Part shown: positions 50,501 to 61,660 of the stretch, piece after piece | Layout: each line of letters opens with the position of its first letter | Position numbering within the stretch: the first letter of the stretch is position 1 | Source of the DNA: Basidiobolus meristosporus CBS 931.73 | Taxonomy: Eukaryota > Fungi > Basidiobolomycota | Reading direction: 5' to 3' | Assembly (NCBI GenBank): GCA_002104905.1 | Contig: MCFE01000307.1 | Span: 34,076-98,075 of the forward strand | DNA: 64,000 bases | Notes under the pieces: model-generated | Seen by the model: the letters and a program-made list of their open reading frames with translations, nothing else | The model's database searches: none | Told to the model about the DNA's origin: nothing | Position numbers and translations under genes: made by a program

Positions 50501-52009
50501 CAAAAAAAAGGACTTGACTATACTGAGTCCTTTGCACTGGTAGCCAAGTTTAATTCCATTAGAATAATATTGGCTATTGCAGCCAAATATAAGTTTTTTA
50601 TTCATCAAATGGATGTAAAAGCTGCATTTTTGAATGGAGAACTTGACGAGGACATGTATATGGACCAGCCTGATGGGTTTGTTGACCAAGAAAACTCCCA
50701 TCTAGTCTGCAAGCTTAAAAAGTCACTATATGGTCTCTAATAATCACCAAGAGCCTGAAATTGCAAGATAGATTCTTATTTGGAATCTTTGAGTTTTAAA
50801 AGGAGTAATGCTGACTATAGTATATACTACAAGCCAGATAGAGCAAATCCAGTTCTATTAGCTTTATATGTGAATGTTCTTATTATAGCTGCCAATAACC
50901 TAGAAACATTGGAAGAGACTTAATCCAGCCTATCTAAGGAGTTCAAGATGTCCAATCACAGAGAACTTAATTACTACTTAAGGATTAAGTTCTCCATAGA
51001 CAGAAGTACCCAGACTATCACCCTAAGCCAATCCAAGTATATTCAAGATATACTAAAGAAGTACCAAATGGAAGACTGTAAACTGGCAGCTACCCCAATG
51101 GAGAAAACCTTAACTTGGTCAAAACTCAACCAAATCAGGAGAGCTTGGTGCCATCTGAAAGCTCTGACTTTCCTCATGAGTCTATGATTGGCAGTCTGAT
51201 GTATATCATGCTTGGAACACATCCAGATATCTTGTATTCAGTGGGAGTTGTCAGCCAACATAATCAGAACTATGGATCTGATCATATTGCAGCAGTTCAG
51301 CAGATTTTTAGATACCTAAAAGGAACTGCTGATATCTGCTTAAGATACATTTATAAGGATTCAGAACAGGATCTTGTGGGATACTCTGATGCTGATTAGG
51401 GGCAAAATTTAGAAGACAGAAGATCCACCACAGGATACACCTTTCTTTACTGTTAAGGAGCAATTTCATGTAATTCAAGAAAGCAACCAACTGTAGCACT
51501 TTCCACCACAGAGGCAGAGTATACGGCAGCCTGTGAAGCTACAAAAGCAGCAATGTGGTTAAGAAAGCTTTTTACAGATTTAGTCCTATGTCCAAAAACA
51601 CCTATAACTTTATTTCACAAAAATCAAGGATGTATACAATTAGGTAGAAATACAACTTTTCATGCTAGAACCAAGCACATAGATATTAGACATCATTTCA
51701 TATGTGAAGCTATAGATAATAACTTAGTTAGCATAATTTACTGTCCTACAGATGAAATGATTGCAGACATATTTACCACACCATTAGCAAGAGACAAGTT
51801 TGAATATCTTAGGTCAAAATTAGGACTAGTCAGTATGAACATTTAGCCAAGTGGGAGTGCTGTAAGAATTTGTATTTCCACCTAAATACTCACCTAACTT
51901 AGTCACTTAGATCATTACCTTCAAATTGTAGAGAATACTGACCAAATTTCTTGTTGGGATTTACTTAGAAAATTTGCACCAAAATACCAGGTACCCAGAA
52001 CATGAGAAT
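47530..52009 (+). mobile_element. Copia element I, near full length, degenerate, 3' LTR truncated
   Basis: 5' LTR 47530-47878, PBS GGTAATGAGCCC, all pol domains present with stops and frameshifts, PPT, 3' LTR 51858-52009 cut off by CACTA sequence. Confidence 0.93.
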
Positions 52010-55000
52010 CATACCAATGCTGGCCCAAAATCTGTTTGCCTGTTTGAAACCAGGATAATGCCCATGGAACAAGTCAAATGCATTCTGCTTGGCCTTGAGT
52101 TTCTGATGGTCCCATGGTATGCTGGCCTTAAGATGATGGCATGCTAGACTTCTAATGGCCTCTTGTATATTAGCTCACTCTTCATCATTGAGCTCAACAA
52201 CTTCACAGAGCTTCAATGTCTTTTGCCTTTTAAGCATTGGTATAAGCACTGCATTTTCTCCCTGCCATACTGCAACAGGTTTCTTGTATGGGCTTTGTCT
52301 CTGGGCACTGTTGTTGTGCATCAAAGACTGTCAGGTGTTCCTCTGCTGTTACATTGGGAAATGGCCCAGGTCATGGCTGTGACATTGAGCTACTTGAGTT
52401 CCTTCTTTGCAGCAGGGACACTGTTTTCTCTGCCTTGGATATTGATTGCTTTGCACCTTTTATCTACTCATCCTGTTTCTGGACTATTTCCAAACTTCTC
52501 TGGGCCATTGCCTCATTAGTGCTACAGTATGTGCTGACAACATACCTGCTAATACAATAGTGGTTATGTTAAGACTGCCACTTGCTGGTCTTCAACCAAG
52601 AGTACTGCCTTTGCTATATACTCATCTGCCTCAGAAATATGGTCAGCTTGCAGCTCTACAGAGATTCCCATTTCCCTTGTTGATGGAGAGCCTTAGGAGT
52701 CTGCCATATTACATTCAGTGGGCACACCATCTGCAGGGCCTTTTTTAGCTGTAGCTCTGCTTGTTGCACTGAAAGTCAAAGCAAGCTGTTGTCCAACTGT
52801 TTGTGTACTGCTGTTAGTGGTGGGGTTTGGTTGAGAACCAGACAACTTTGCTTTATTTTTGGCTAACCTACATATGGAAGTGAGTCAAACAAAACGGGGA
52901 AGTTGTGTTACATATATAGGTATATGTGGTACCACAACTTTATACATAGAGCTTACTATAGCAGGTCATCATTGAATCTTACACTCATGGAGGTACAATG
53001 TCTCAAATTAAAGACTTTTTTGAACTCACATGAGTATTGACAAAAAGATTATAATATAGAGTTATGTTGCTCAGTGTTGGACTATTTACCCCATGGACAA
53101 GGCTGTTTTGATTCAACTCCTTAAGAGAAGAGAAAAAAGACCATATGGTTATTGTAGCAAGCCTCTTAGCCATGAAGCACACAGACAGCATAAGAAGTAT
53201 TACAAGGATCACAGCCAGTGTTTTGCCTCACAAGTCATATTTGCCCATTCACCAGTCACTACTGTACCTACAATATCCTGCCTGCCACTTGATACTTCTA
53301 TAACAGGACCTGGCTGTACTTGTCACCTTACACAAACTGGGTCAGGTGAGCTTGTGATGCCTTTTGGTTCACCCCAGCCCTCTGAATATGGTGCACAAAG
53401 TGATAGCTGTGAAGAGGCAGGCTCACTGATTGAATGCAAGCCTATCTCCCACAACAATAGAATCCTCATGAGCGTGAAAAAATCTCATTATGCAATGAGA
53501 CAGCACCTGTCAAAATCAATGCAAAGGATACCTCATGGAGTCAAATGAGCCCAGCAATCCATCTACTTGCAAATGATGTGTTGCTGTGGCTAGAGAAGTG
53601 GTTTTTCCACTAATATCAGTAATGGGGGTGTTGAGGATTTACTACTACCTGTTGCCAAAATCATCCCAGGATGCAACTTACTGTATATATGGTGAAATAG
53701 ACAGCCATCATGCAGTTACAATGTACCCAGAGAGTGTCCTCATACCAGCATTTGTTAACAATTGCATGGCGCTGACATCTGAAAATGCCACCAATGCAAG
53801 GTGTCCAACTTGTCCAGAATCCACCACTGTTGGGGGAAATTATTGTTCATACTCTGGATATACTCTGGTAATACCCTGTCTCAAGATGCTCATGCAGTCC
53901 AACAAATATTGTGAAGTTATAAAGTACCACACTCAGTATCAATCAAGCACAAACATATCCATTATATTTGATGGCAAACATCTTAAGCTGCTAGGAAGCA
54001 AGGGCCACTTTGAAGGTATGTATGACCATGCCTTTGCCTTAGCACATCATGGATTCTTGTTAAACAAGTACTCTACCAGCTTATCCTGCTAGCTACTGAT
54101 TCTCATCAACCTGAATCTGCCACCTATCTTACAGTATCAGAGCAGGAATCTGATTGTAGTCACAGTGGTATCTGGGCCTAAATCAATGTCCAATCTGGAT
54201 AGCTACCTGCATCCATTGCTAGATGAGTTTTGTATGCTTTCCAGCATAGTAACAGTAAATGGCCATCATATCAAAGTGCACATTGTTATCTGCATTGGGA
54301 ATACCCCATCCATCAGCAAGATAGCTGGCTTTTCTGGACACAATGAATGAGATTACTGTCAAATGTGTGAGATCCAGGGGACCTACTCCCTATCTCAAAC
54401 ACATTATTATTACCTAGACATCAACACCAAGAACATAATTTTCCCACAAAGTGAACATATAGAAGTCAGCAGGCAATCAGCAGGGTTGGCAAGCTCTAAG
54501 CCATTTGCCTGAACATGGAGCTAATTGTATACTAGAGATACTTAGGATACAGGGTATCTGTTGGAGCAAAGGCTTTCCACTGGGAGCAATGCATTTGCTC
54601 TTCAATAGTATCCCAATACTGATGACCAGGTTGTATTTGGGACACTTTAAGCTAAATGAGCGCCTTGAGATACTGGAAAAATTTGAAATAATTGGTAAGA
54701 TATTATAAAGTATCTGCTACCCTAAGTACTTCTTATAGGCTCCAAACAATACTCATAAGCGTATTCAACAATACAAGTACAAGGACTGGATGAGTTGGAT
54801 ATGTATTTATTTACTTGGCCTTCTGAGGCACTTTCAACTAAGAGTACATTGGAGGCATTGGGAGTCATACGCAAACATTGTGGGACTATTTATCCAGAAG
54901 TGGATCACAAATGCCTACATGTTGCATCTACAACTCTTGTGTGAAGAGAATATAATTCAGGTTGCAGGTATTTCCACATCCCAATCTCATGAAGAATACT

Positions 55001-56257
55001 ACCTTTGAGCCAATCATTGATGAGATGAGTCGGCACATGGAGGAAAGCCAGGAAGAGTTGAGAATACTGAGGTCAGATGTGCACATTGAGACACCTTTGC
55101 CTATGGCATTAAGAAGCTAAGCTGCCTCATTGAGTGAGTAATCTGTTGAGTAATGCAAACTTGGTTTGGGTGCAACAAGCAATTAATTATTATTTGGAAA
55201 AGTTTACCAAGTATGCCAGGTTTCTCTTGGTCACAAGCCAGCTTTTACACCATTCATTACAGAACTCACACAAACAAGAGCCAGCATGCACCAATAAGGG
55301 GGACCAGAATCCAGCAGGGCAAAGGATATATTAGACTTGTTCAATTGGATAGTGCCACATTGAGCCATGAGTGCCAGATAGTGCTGTTGCATGCTGGAGA
55401 GTCATAACAAACTCAAATTTGGCCACAGAGTGTGAAACATAGCTCTGCATCTTCATGCAAAGCAACCCTTGTTTTTCATCCATTATGTTGGAGAAAATCC
55501 ATTTTTTGACCTTTTTTTTGTAATAATGTTGTGCAGGATGTATAAGAACATAGATGGACTGAAGATATGCATCTAGTACGCAGTACCCATGGCACTCTGA
55601 ATCTAGCTCCGGTAGCTTGTATCATTTCACATAAATGAATGTCACTATCTTGGTCCACTTGTACTATCTGGCACTATATTTAAATATTAACCCTAAAGTA
55701 AGACCTATACAAAGCACTTACAGTGCCAGATAGTACAAGTGGACCAAGATAGTGACATTCATTTATGTGAAATGATACAAGCTACAGGAGCTAGATTCAG
55801 AGTGCCATGTGTATAGAGTACCAGGTGAATGTCTTCAATTCTTCTGTGCTCTTACACATTATGCACCTCATTGATCCAAAAAAAGGTCAAAAAATGGATT
55901 TTCTCCAGCACAATGGGTGAAAAACAAGGGTTGCTTTGCATGAAGATGCAGAGCTATGTTTCACACTCTGTGGCCAAGTTTAGGTCTGCTATGACTCTCT
56001 AGCATGCAACAGCACTCTCTGGCACTCATGGCTAAATGTGGCACTATCCAATGGAACAAGTTCATTGGCTTAATACCAAAAGGTTCTTTGTAGATATTTA
56101 GGAGGTATTCATGGCAGTAGTGGTGGCAACCAAGCATATGTGTGCAAGACATTTATGTTGCCAGCAATACAAGGAATATTGCCCCTGTGCAAGTACCACT
56201 CTAAAAGGCCACAGAGCTGAGATGATAGTGGTATGTAAATTGTGGCAGGTGTGCAGA
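52010..56257 (+). mobile_element. CACTA copy Z (termini not seen): accessory gene on -, transposase on +
   Basis: Accessory remnant at about 52010-52870 (-); transposase remnants 53093-55330 incl. SGPKSMSNLDSYLHPLLDEF and FPLGAMHLLF; interrupted by the foldback element and the gypsy LTR. Confidence 0.82.
55333..56063. mobile_element. Non-autonomous foldback (MITE-like) element with the Harbinger-type TIRs
   Basis: Arms 55333-55675 and 55722-56063 are inverted copies around a 46-nt loop; the terminus AGACTTGTTC(A/C)ATTGGATAGTGCCACAT matches the ends at 39664 and 60106; TSD ATT (55330-55332 and 56064-56066). Confidence 0.9.
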
Positions 56258-59200
56258 TGTTATGATCTGCCGCTTGAATGCTCAAGTTAGTTTTTGGTCA
56301 AATCAATTGGTTATATGTTTAGCTTATCAGTATATCAGTATTATCTATCAAATCAGTAGCATTAGTCAGCCAATGAATCAGCAGATCCTTATCGGACAGA
56401 AATAGATATATTTGGTAGGATCTTATTGGGTGATGCTGATGCAATTAATTGCGTCATCAGCCACAGCCTACATTAGGAAATACAATTAGTCAGCAATTGA
56501 TCTAGCAAAATGTATATAAGGAACTGCTGGAACCTAAATAAAATCTGTCAAGTTTTAGTGAATGCAATACTAGCTAAACTCCCTATTCCTCTACAACTCT
56601 TATACCAAGACTTGTAACATTGGCTGCAGCAATAACCAGAAACCTCCCTCCTGAAGAAAGAAGAAGCCTCCCTCAAGATGTCCAAAAACCAAGAATGGAA
56701 GAATGTTATGCAACAAATCCTGGCCTAGTAGCAACAGTTATTCCAGATCCTTGGCCAGCAGCAATAAGGAATGACTACCATGGCCCAAAGCCAGCAAAGC
56801 CCTGTCAAGATCAACTTTAGTGTGAAGGTCAACTGCTACCATGGTAGAGTCAATGAAAACCTGGGAACTTGGCACTTCCATATAGAAGAAGCTTTTAAGG
56901 CTAAGGGAATTCCTCCAGATAGTAAGTTACATCATGCAGCCTCTTACCTGGCAGATGCAGCTTTACAGTGGTACCACAACAAGATCAGGTCAGCCACCAT
57001 GCTGGATGCTCTACAATCTCTACCAGGGATAGTTTGTGTTGGAAATTCAGGATGCTTTTGAGCCTCCACACCAGCAGAAACTACTAAAAACAAAGCTGAA
57101 GACACTTGGAGAGAAAGGAAAGGTTCAGGAGTACATCTATGAATATAGATGTCTACTTGGACAAGTTAAAAGAATGGATGTGCTGAACCAAGTGGGATAC
57201 TTAATTGATAGGATGAAAGAAAGAATTTGCAAGGAAGTGAATTCTCAGAGACTCCAGACTACTGAAGAAGCCATCAAGAATGCCATTGACTATGACTCCG
57301 CTATGCTTAGAGTTGGGAAGACTATAATGACTAATCAGAGATGATACAATCTTTATCAAAGAAGACAATCAGAAGCAGTGCCAATGGATATAGAAGCTAT
57401 ACAGAATAATCCTACCTCTGAAGAATGTAAGAAGAAAGTACTTTGCTCCAATTGTCACCAGCAGGGGCATATTGCAAAGTACTGCCCTCAGAGAAGAAAT
57501 GGATGCCAGCCATCAAGAGTCTTCAGTCAGACTGAAGCCCTGGAGAATTGCAACATGGAGGATGAACTTGAAGAAGACCTAGAACTCACCTTCCATGTGA
57601 CAAAAGATTGAGTGCAATGCTGCAGCTGAATTGCTCTGTATGATGCAACAGAGTTGGCCTGCAGTGCTACATGCTGATGCGTTCTTTTACCTGCCAAAGG
57701 CTCTGGTGGTGGAGGCACTTCATGTGGATCATCATATGTCAGTTCACCAGAAGAAACTTGCTGATGGTCAGGTGTAATGGTTCACACAGATGCAACTTGA
57801 TGCGCTGGCATGGCCCTTGCCTGAGTTTGATGTGATGCCGCTAGTTGATGTGACTTGGCCCACTCCAATGGACCTGTGTCTTTTTGAGCAGTTTGGCAGG
57901 TTCTTGTGGTTTTGCTCTGAAGCATGCATGTTGACCCAATACACATTGAGTCAATGCGGGGCACTCTTGTGAAGGGTGTGGGCATAGCTTGGACTGACAT
58001 GTGCCGGCGCACTGAAGTTGCAAGGGATGGTAAGGAATCCAGTGAGATGTGCTGGCGCAATCTAGACAATGTCACTCATGGTCTGTATTCCTCCTCTTGA
58101 AGCTCACCTTCTGATTCCTACAGGTATTCACTTACCCTCTGTCTAATACTTTGCAACTATTGCCTGGATGAGACCTGTGTATATTGCTCTTGGAAGCCAC
58201 TTAGCTCTCCTAATATATCATGTAATACGTTAGTCATTTGAGGCAAAAACTCATTCACAATCTCTTTGGTTCCCAAAGTCAAGGCACAAACAGACATGTC
58301 TGGCCCATACTGTGCAAATTGCGCGCAAAATTGCTCCCGTGCAGCTTCCTCATCAAGTCCCCTCACTCTCAGCTCATTCTTGATTTCAATACTTGTCTTG
58401 TTATATATCTTCTTACATATATCCACTGGCATCTTGATGTAGAACTCATGCCACAGCTTTGTACTCAGGTTCTTCTATCTCTGTTGACTCTCCAAGGTAT
58501 CTAGTTCTGTTAGATTAATGAGTAGTGCCCAAATATCTGTATGAAGGCTCATCATAGACACTTGGGCCATACTGAAATCATATAGCAAGAACTTGAATGG
58601 ATCCAACATTGCCTTTTCCGGTCTGAATTGTGCTTGTGAGCTAGGGGATGGGTTTTGTCTGGGTTGAACTACAAATGAGTAGAGACTTGGTATAGGGACC
58701 ATAGTGACAGATTTGGATACTTATACAGTGGTGTATTGGCATCAACCTGGTCTTATATGAAAACTAATGTGATTGTTGAATATTCCATATATTATGCATG
58801 ATGCATCTTGGATTGCATTGACATGGATCAGATCACATCAATTGCAGGTTTCCTATTTGATTATTGACTTGTGAGTAAAACATTAATAAAAATACCCCGT
58901 CATTGTTTGAGGATGATTTTTGCAACAAAATGATGGGATACATGGCAATTCATGGAGATTTCATCATAATGCATGGAAAATCAGATAAATAAAGCTGATT
59001 GCGCCAAATTGAATCAAATCATCTCAGCACAATCCTTCCAATTTTAATATAATTTACTCATCTGAATGGTCTTTTCTCATCAATCCCATCACTCCCACTG
59101 GATTTCCTTTTGACACACTAGAGGAGATCTATACCAAGTACTGTGGTCCATTTACCCCAATCTACTCAAGGAGATCCCTTGTTAAGCTTCTTTGCTATTA

Positions 59201-61378
59201 CAAGAACTGTTGCCCTACAAGGTTTCATCCCACCATCCATGTCAACAAAAGTCCTAGAAGCTTTCATTCTCAGCTGACAGCAAAGGAGAACCACCTTGCA
59301 GAGGGTATGAATGACTTAGAGCAAGCTTGGAGTACTAGGTTTAGAAGCTCCAATAGACTTCCATATCCCAGAGTGTTCAGCAACAGGTTCCAAATAGGCA
59401 GTTTTTGGATACCTTCCCAGTCAGAATTAACAGACCTTCTAGAGGGCAGAGGCACTTTTATTCTGGCAAGTACAAGGCACACTGTGTGAATTTTCAAGCA
59501 CTGTCTGACATTGAGGGTAACATCATATGGTTTAGTGGTCCATTTGCTGGAAGTAGGCATGACAAAGCATTCTGGGAAGAGCATCATCCAGAATTAGGGT
59601 TAGGGTTAGAAATGTATGGCAGACTTAGCTTATATAGGAGAGGATTGTCAGAGATTAGGATGTGTTACAGCTTATAGGAAGCCAAGGAATGGTGTGCTTA
59701 GTAGGAAGCAGAAGCTCTACCATGAGACATTTGATCATTTCAGAGTGAGGGTAGAGCATACATTTGGATATCCAAAGAGATTTAGCATATTGGCAGGTAA
59801 ATACAGAGGAAAGTCATATATAGGAGAAAACAGCAGAGTAGGTAAAATAACTTAGATACCTATCAATGCATAGTATATTCATACAAGAAGACATCCACTG
59901 AGAGAAATGTGTCTGGAGCATTATGAATTGTAAATAAAGCAAGGAAAGCACTGCTCTGAGCAACGTAAGTAGAGTTGAGTAAAATTACCAGTAACTATAA
60001 CCTACCACTGGCATGATGGTAGAAATTATAGTGCTAGATAGTGCCAGATTGATCTGGCACCATAAACAGGCTGGCACTATGTGGCACTATCCCACAGAAC
60101 AAGTCTAATACCTGCCAGACTTGATTTCAACTTGGTCAATTCCAGTGTATATGAAACAAGTGAACTTAACAAGACACAGCTCTGTAGTGTACTTAGAAAG
60201 GCATCCAGATGTTCCTCATGGCAGTATTACAGGAGTATTCCTCTACTCCAGTACCCCAGAAGGTACAGACTCTTTTGAAGGAATATTCAGACATATTTCC
60301 AGTTGAACCTGTAAGCGTTCTAACAGTCAGAGATGTGGATTATGCTATTGAAACAGGAGATAACCCTCCAGTGAGTAAGTTACCTGACAGAATGAGTCCA
60401 TTGGAGTTGGAAGAGATGAAGAGACAAATAGATCAGTTACTGGAGCAAGGATATATCAGGCCCAGCAAGTCACCTTGGGGAGCACCAGTACCTTTTTTGA
60501 AGAAGAAGGATAGAACACTTAGGATGTGCATTGACTCTGGAGCCCTCAACTCAGTTACCATGAAGAATAGGTACCTAATACCTTGGAGTGATGAGCTTCT
60601 GGACCAACTCAATGAAGCCACTATTTTCAGCAAGATTGACCTCATGTCAGGATACAACCAGATTAGGGTGAAGCCAGATGACATCCCTAAGACATCATTG
60701 AGGACCAGATATTTATATTACAAGTACATAGTCATGAGTTTTAGCCTTGCCAATGCCCCTGCAACATTCATGGCTCTGATGCAGACTGTCTTTCAGGAGT
60801 ACTTTGACAAGTTTGTGATAATCTACCTAGATGATATACTGATATACAGCAAGACAGAAGAGGATCACTTGGTGCACATTGATATAGTCTTGAAGAAGCT
60901 AAGAGAGAACAAACTATATGGCAAGCTAGCCAAGTGTGAGTTCTTCAAGGAGCATGTTGAATATCTGGGACACATAGTGACTAACACAGGAGTAACCTTT
61001 GACCTCAAGAAGGTTTAAGTTATCAAGAATCTCAAGCAGCCCCATGCCATATCAGAGCTCAGATCATTCCTTGGAATGGTTTCCTATAATTGGAGAATTG
61101 TCAAGTCCTTTGCAAGTATTACGGCCCCTTTAACAGATTTCCTCAAGAAAGACTATACCTACAAGTGGGACATAGCTTGTGGGACTGTCTTCCAGATGCT
61201 CAAGAATGAACTTTCTAAGCTGCCAAGCTTACAAATACCTGACTTCAGAAAAGAGTTTACTCTGTGCACAGATGCTTCATATTATGCAATTGGTGGAGTG
61301 TTGTACCAAGTACACAAATGGAAAGAACTACCCAGTTGCCTTTGAGCACAAGAAACTGAATTCAGCACAATTCTAATA
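56258..61378 (+). mobile_element. Ty3/gypsy retrotransposon, 3'-truncated, interrupted by Harbinger copy 2
   Basis: 5' LTR 56258-56619 (TGTTA...TAACA, TATATAA, AATAAA); gag 56771-57530 with PMDIE and CSNCHQQGHIAKYC; RT 60209-61018 (SPWGAP, RMCID, IYLDDILIYS); RNase H TDAS...IGGVL; no integrase or 3' LTR. Confidence 0.92.
57527..60106 (+). mobile_element. PIF/Harbinger-superfamily element, copy 2 (degenerate; right TIR present, left end missing)
   Basis: Transposase pieces 59307-59855, ORF2 pieces on -; right end ...GTGGCACTATCCCACAGAACAAGTCT at 60106 followed by AAT; left boundary approximate. Confidence 0.85.
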
Positions 61379-61660
61379 CTCCATTTCACCCCCCAATATA
61401 TATCTCTAATATTTCAACAATGAAGTTGTTCTGTATGTAGCAGCTCAAATGTGATTTTGGTGCTACTCCTCCCCAATATGAAGTCTCCAAATGTTAATGC
61501 TTTTAATGATGTAGTCTTAGCAGATCCCTACTTCATATTTTCTGTACTTCAGAAGCATTGGTCTGTGCCTCTTGACATTGTAGTTTCAATTGCAGGTATC
61601 TACTAGGTTTCCTGAGTTCATCCTCCAAGCTAAATATAAGCCTTGGTTGTATGGTATTTC
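61379..61660 (-). mobile_element. Fragment of another gypsy-like integrase C-terminus
   Basis: QEAQTNASEVQK...LTFGDFILGRSS resembles the FEVGQLILL region at 46.1 kb; short and degenerate. Confidence 0.35.

Noticed and set aside
52155-52748. Hydrophobic membrane-protein-like ORFs here and at 41629-42249
   Set aside because: Antisense shadows of the A-rich CACTA accessory gene
56365-56635. Tf1-like self-priming PBS for the gypsy element (CATTGGCTG complementary to CAGCCAATG in the LTR)
   Set aside because: The match is only 9 nt and lies upstream of the LTR TATA box, so it would not be at the transcript 5' end; primer left unassigned
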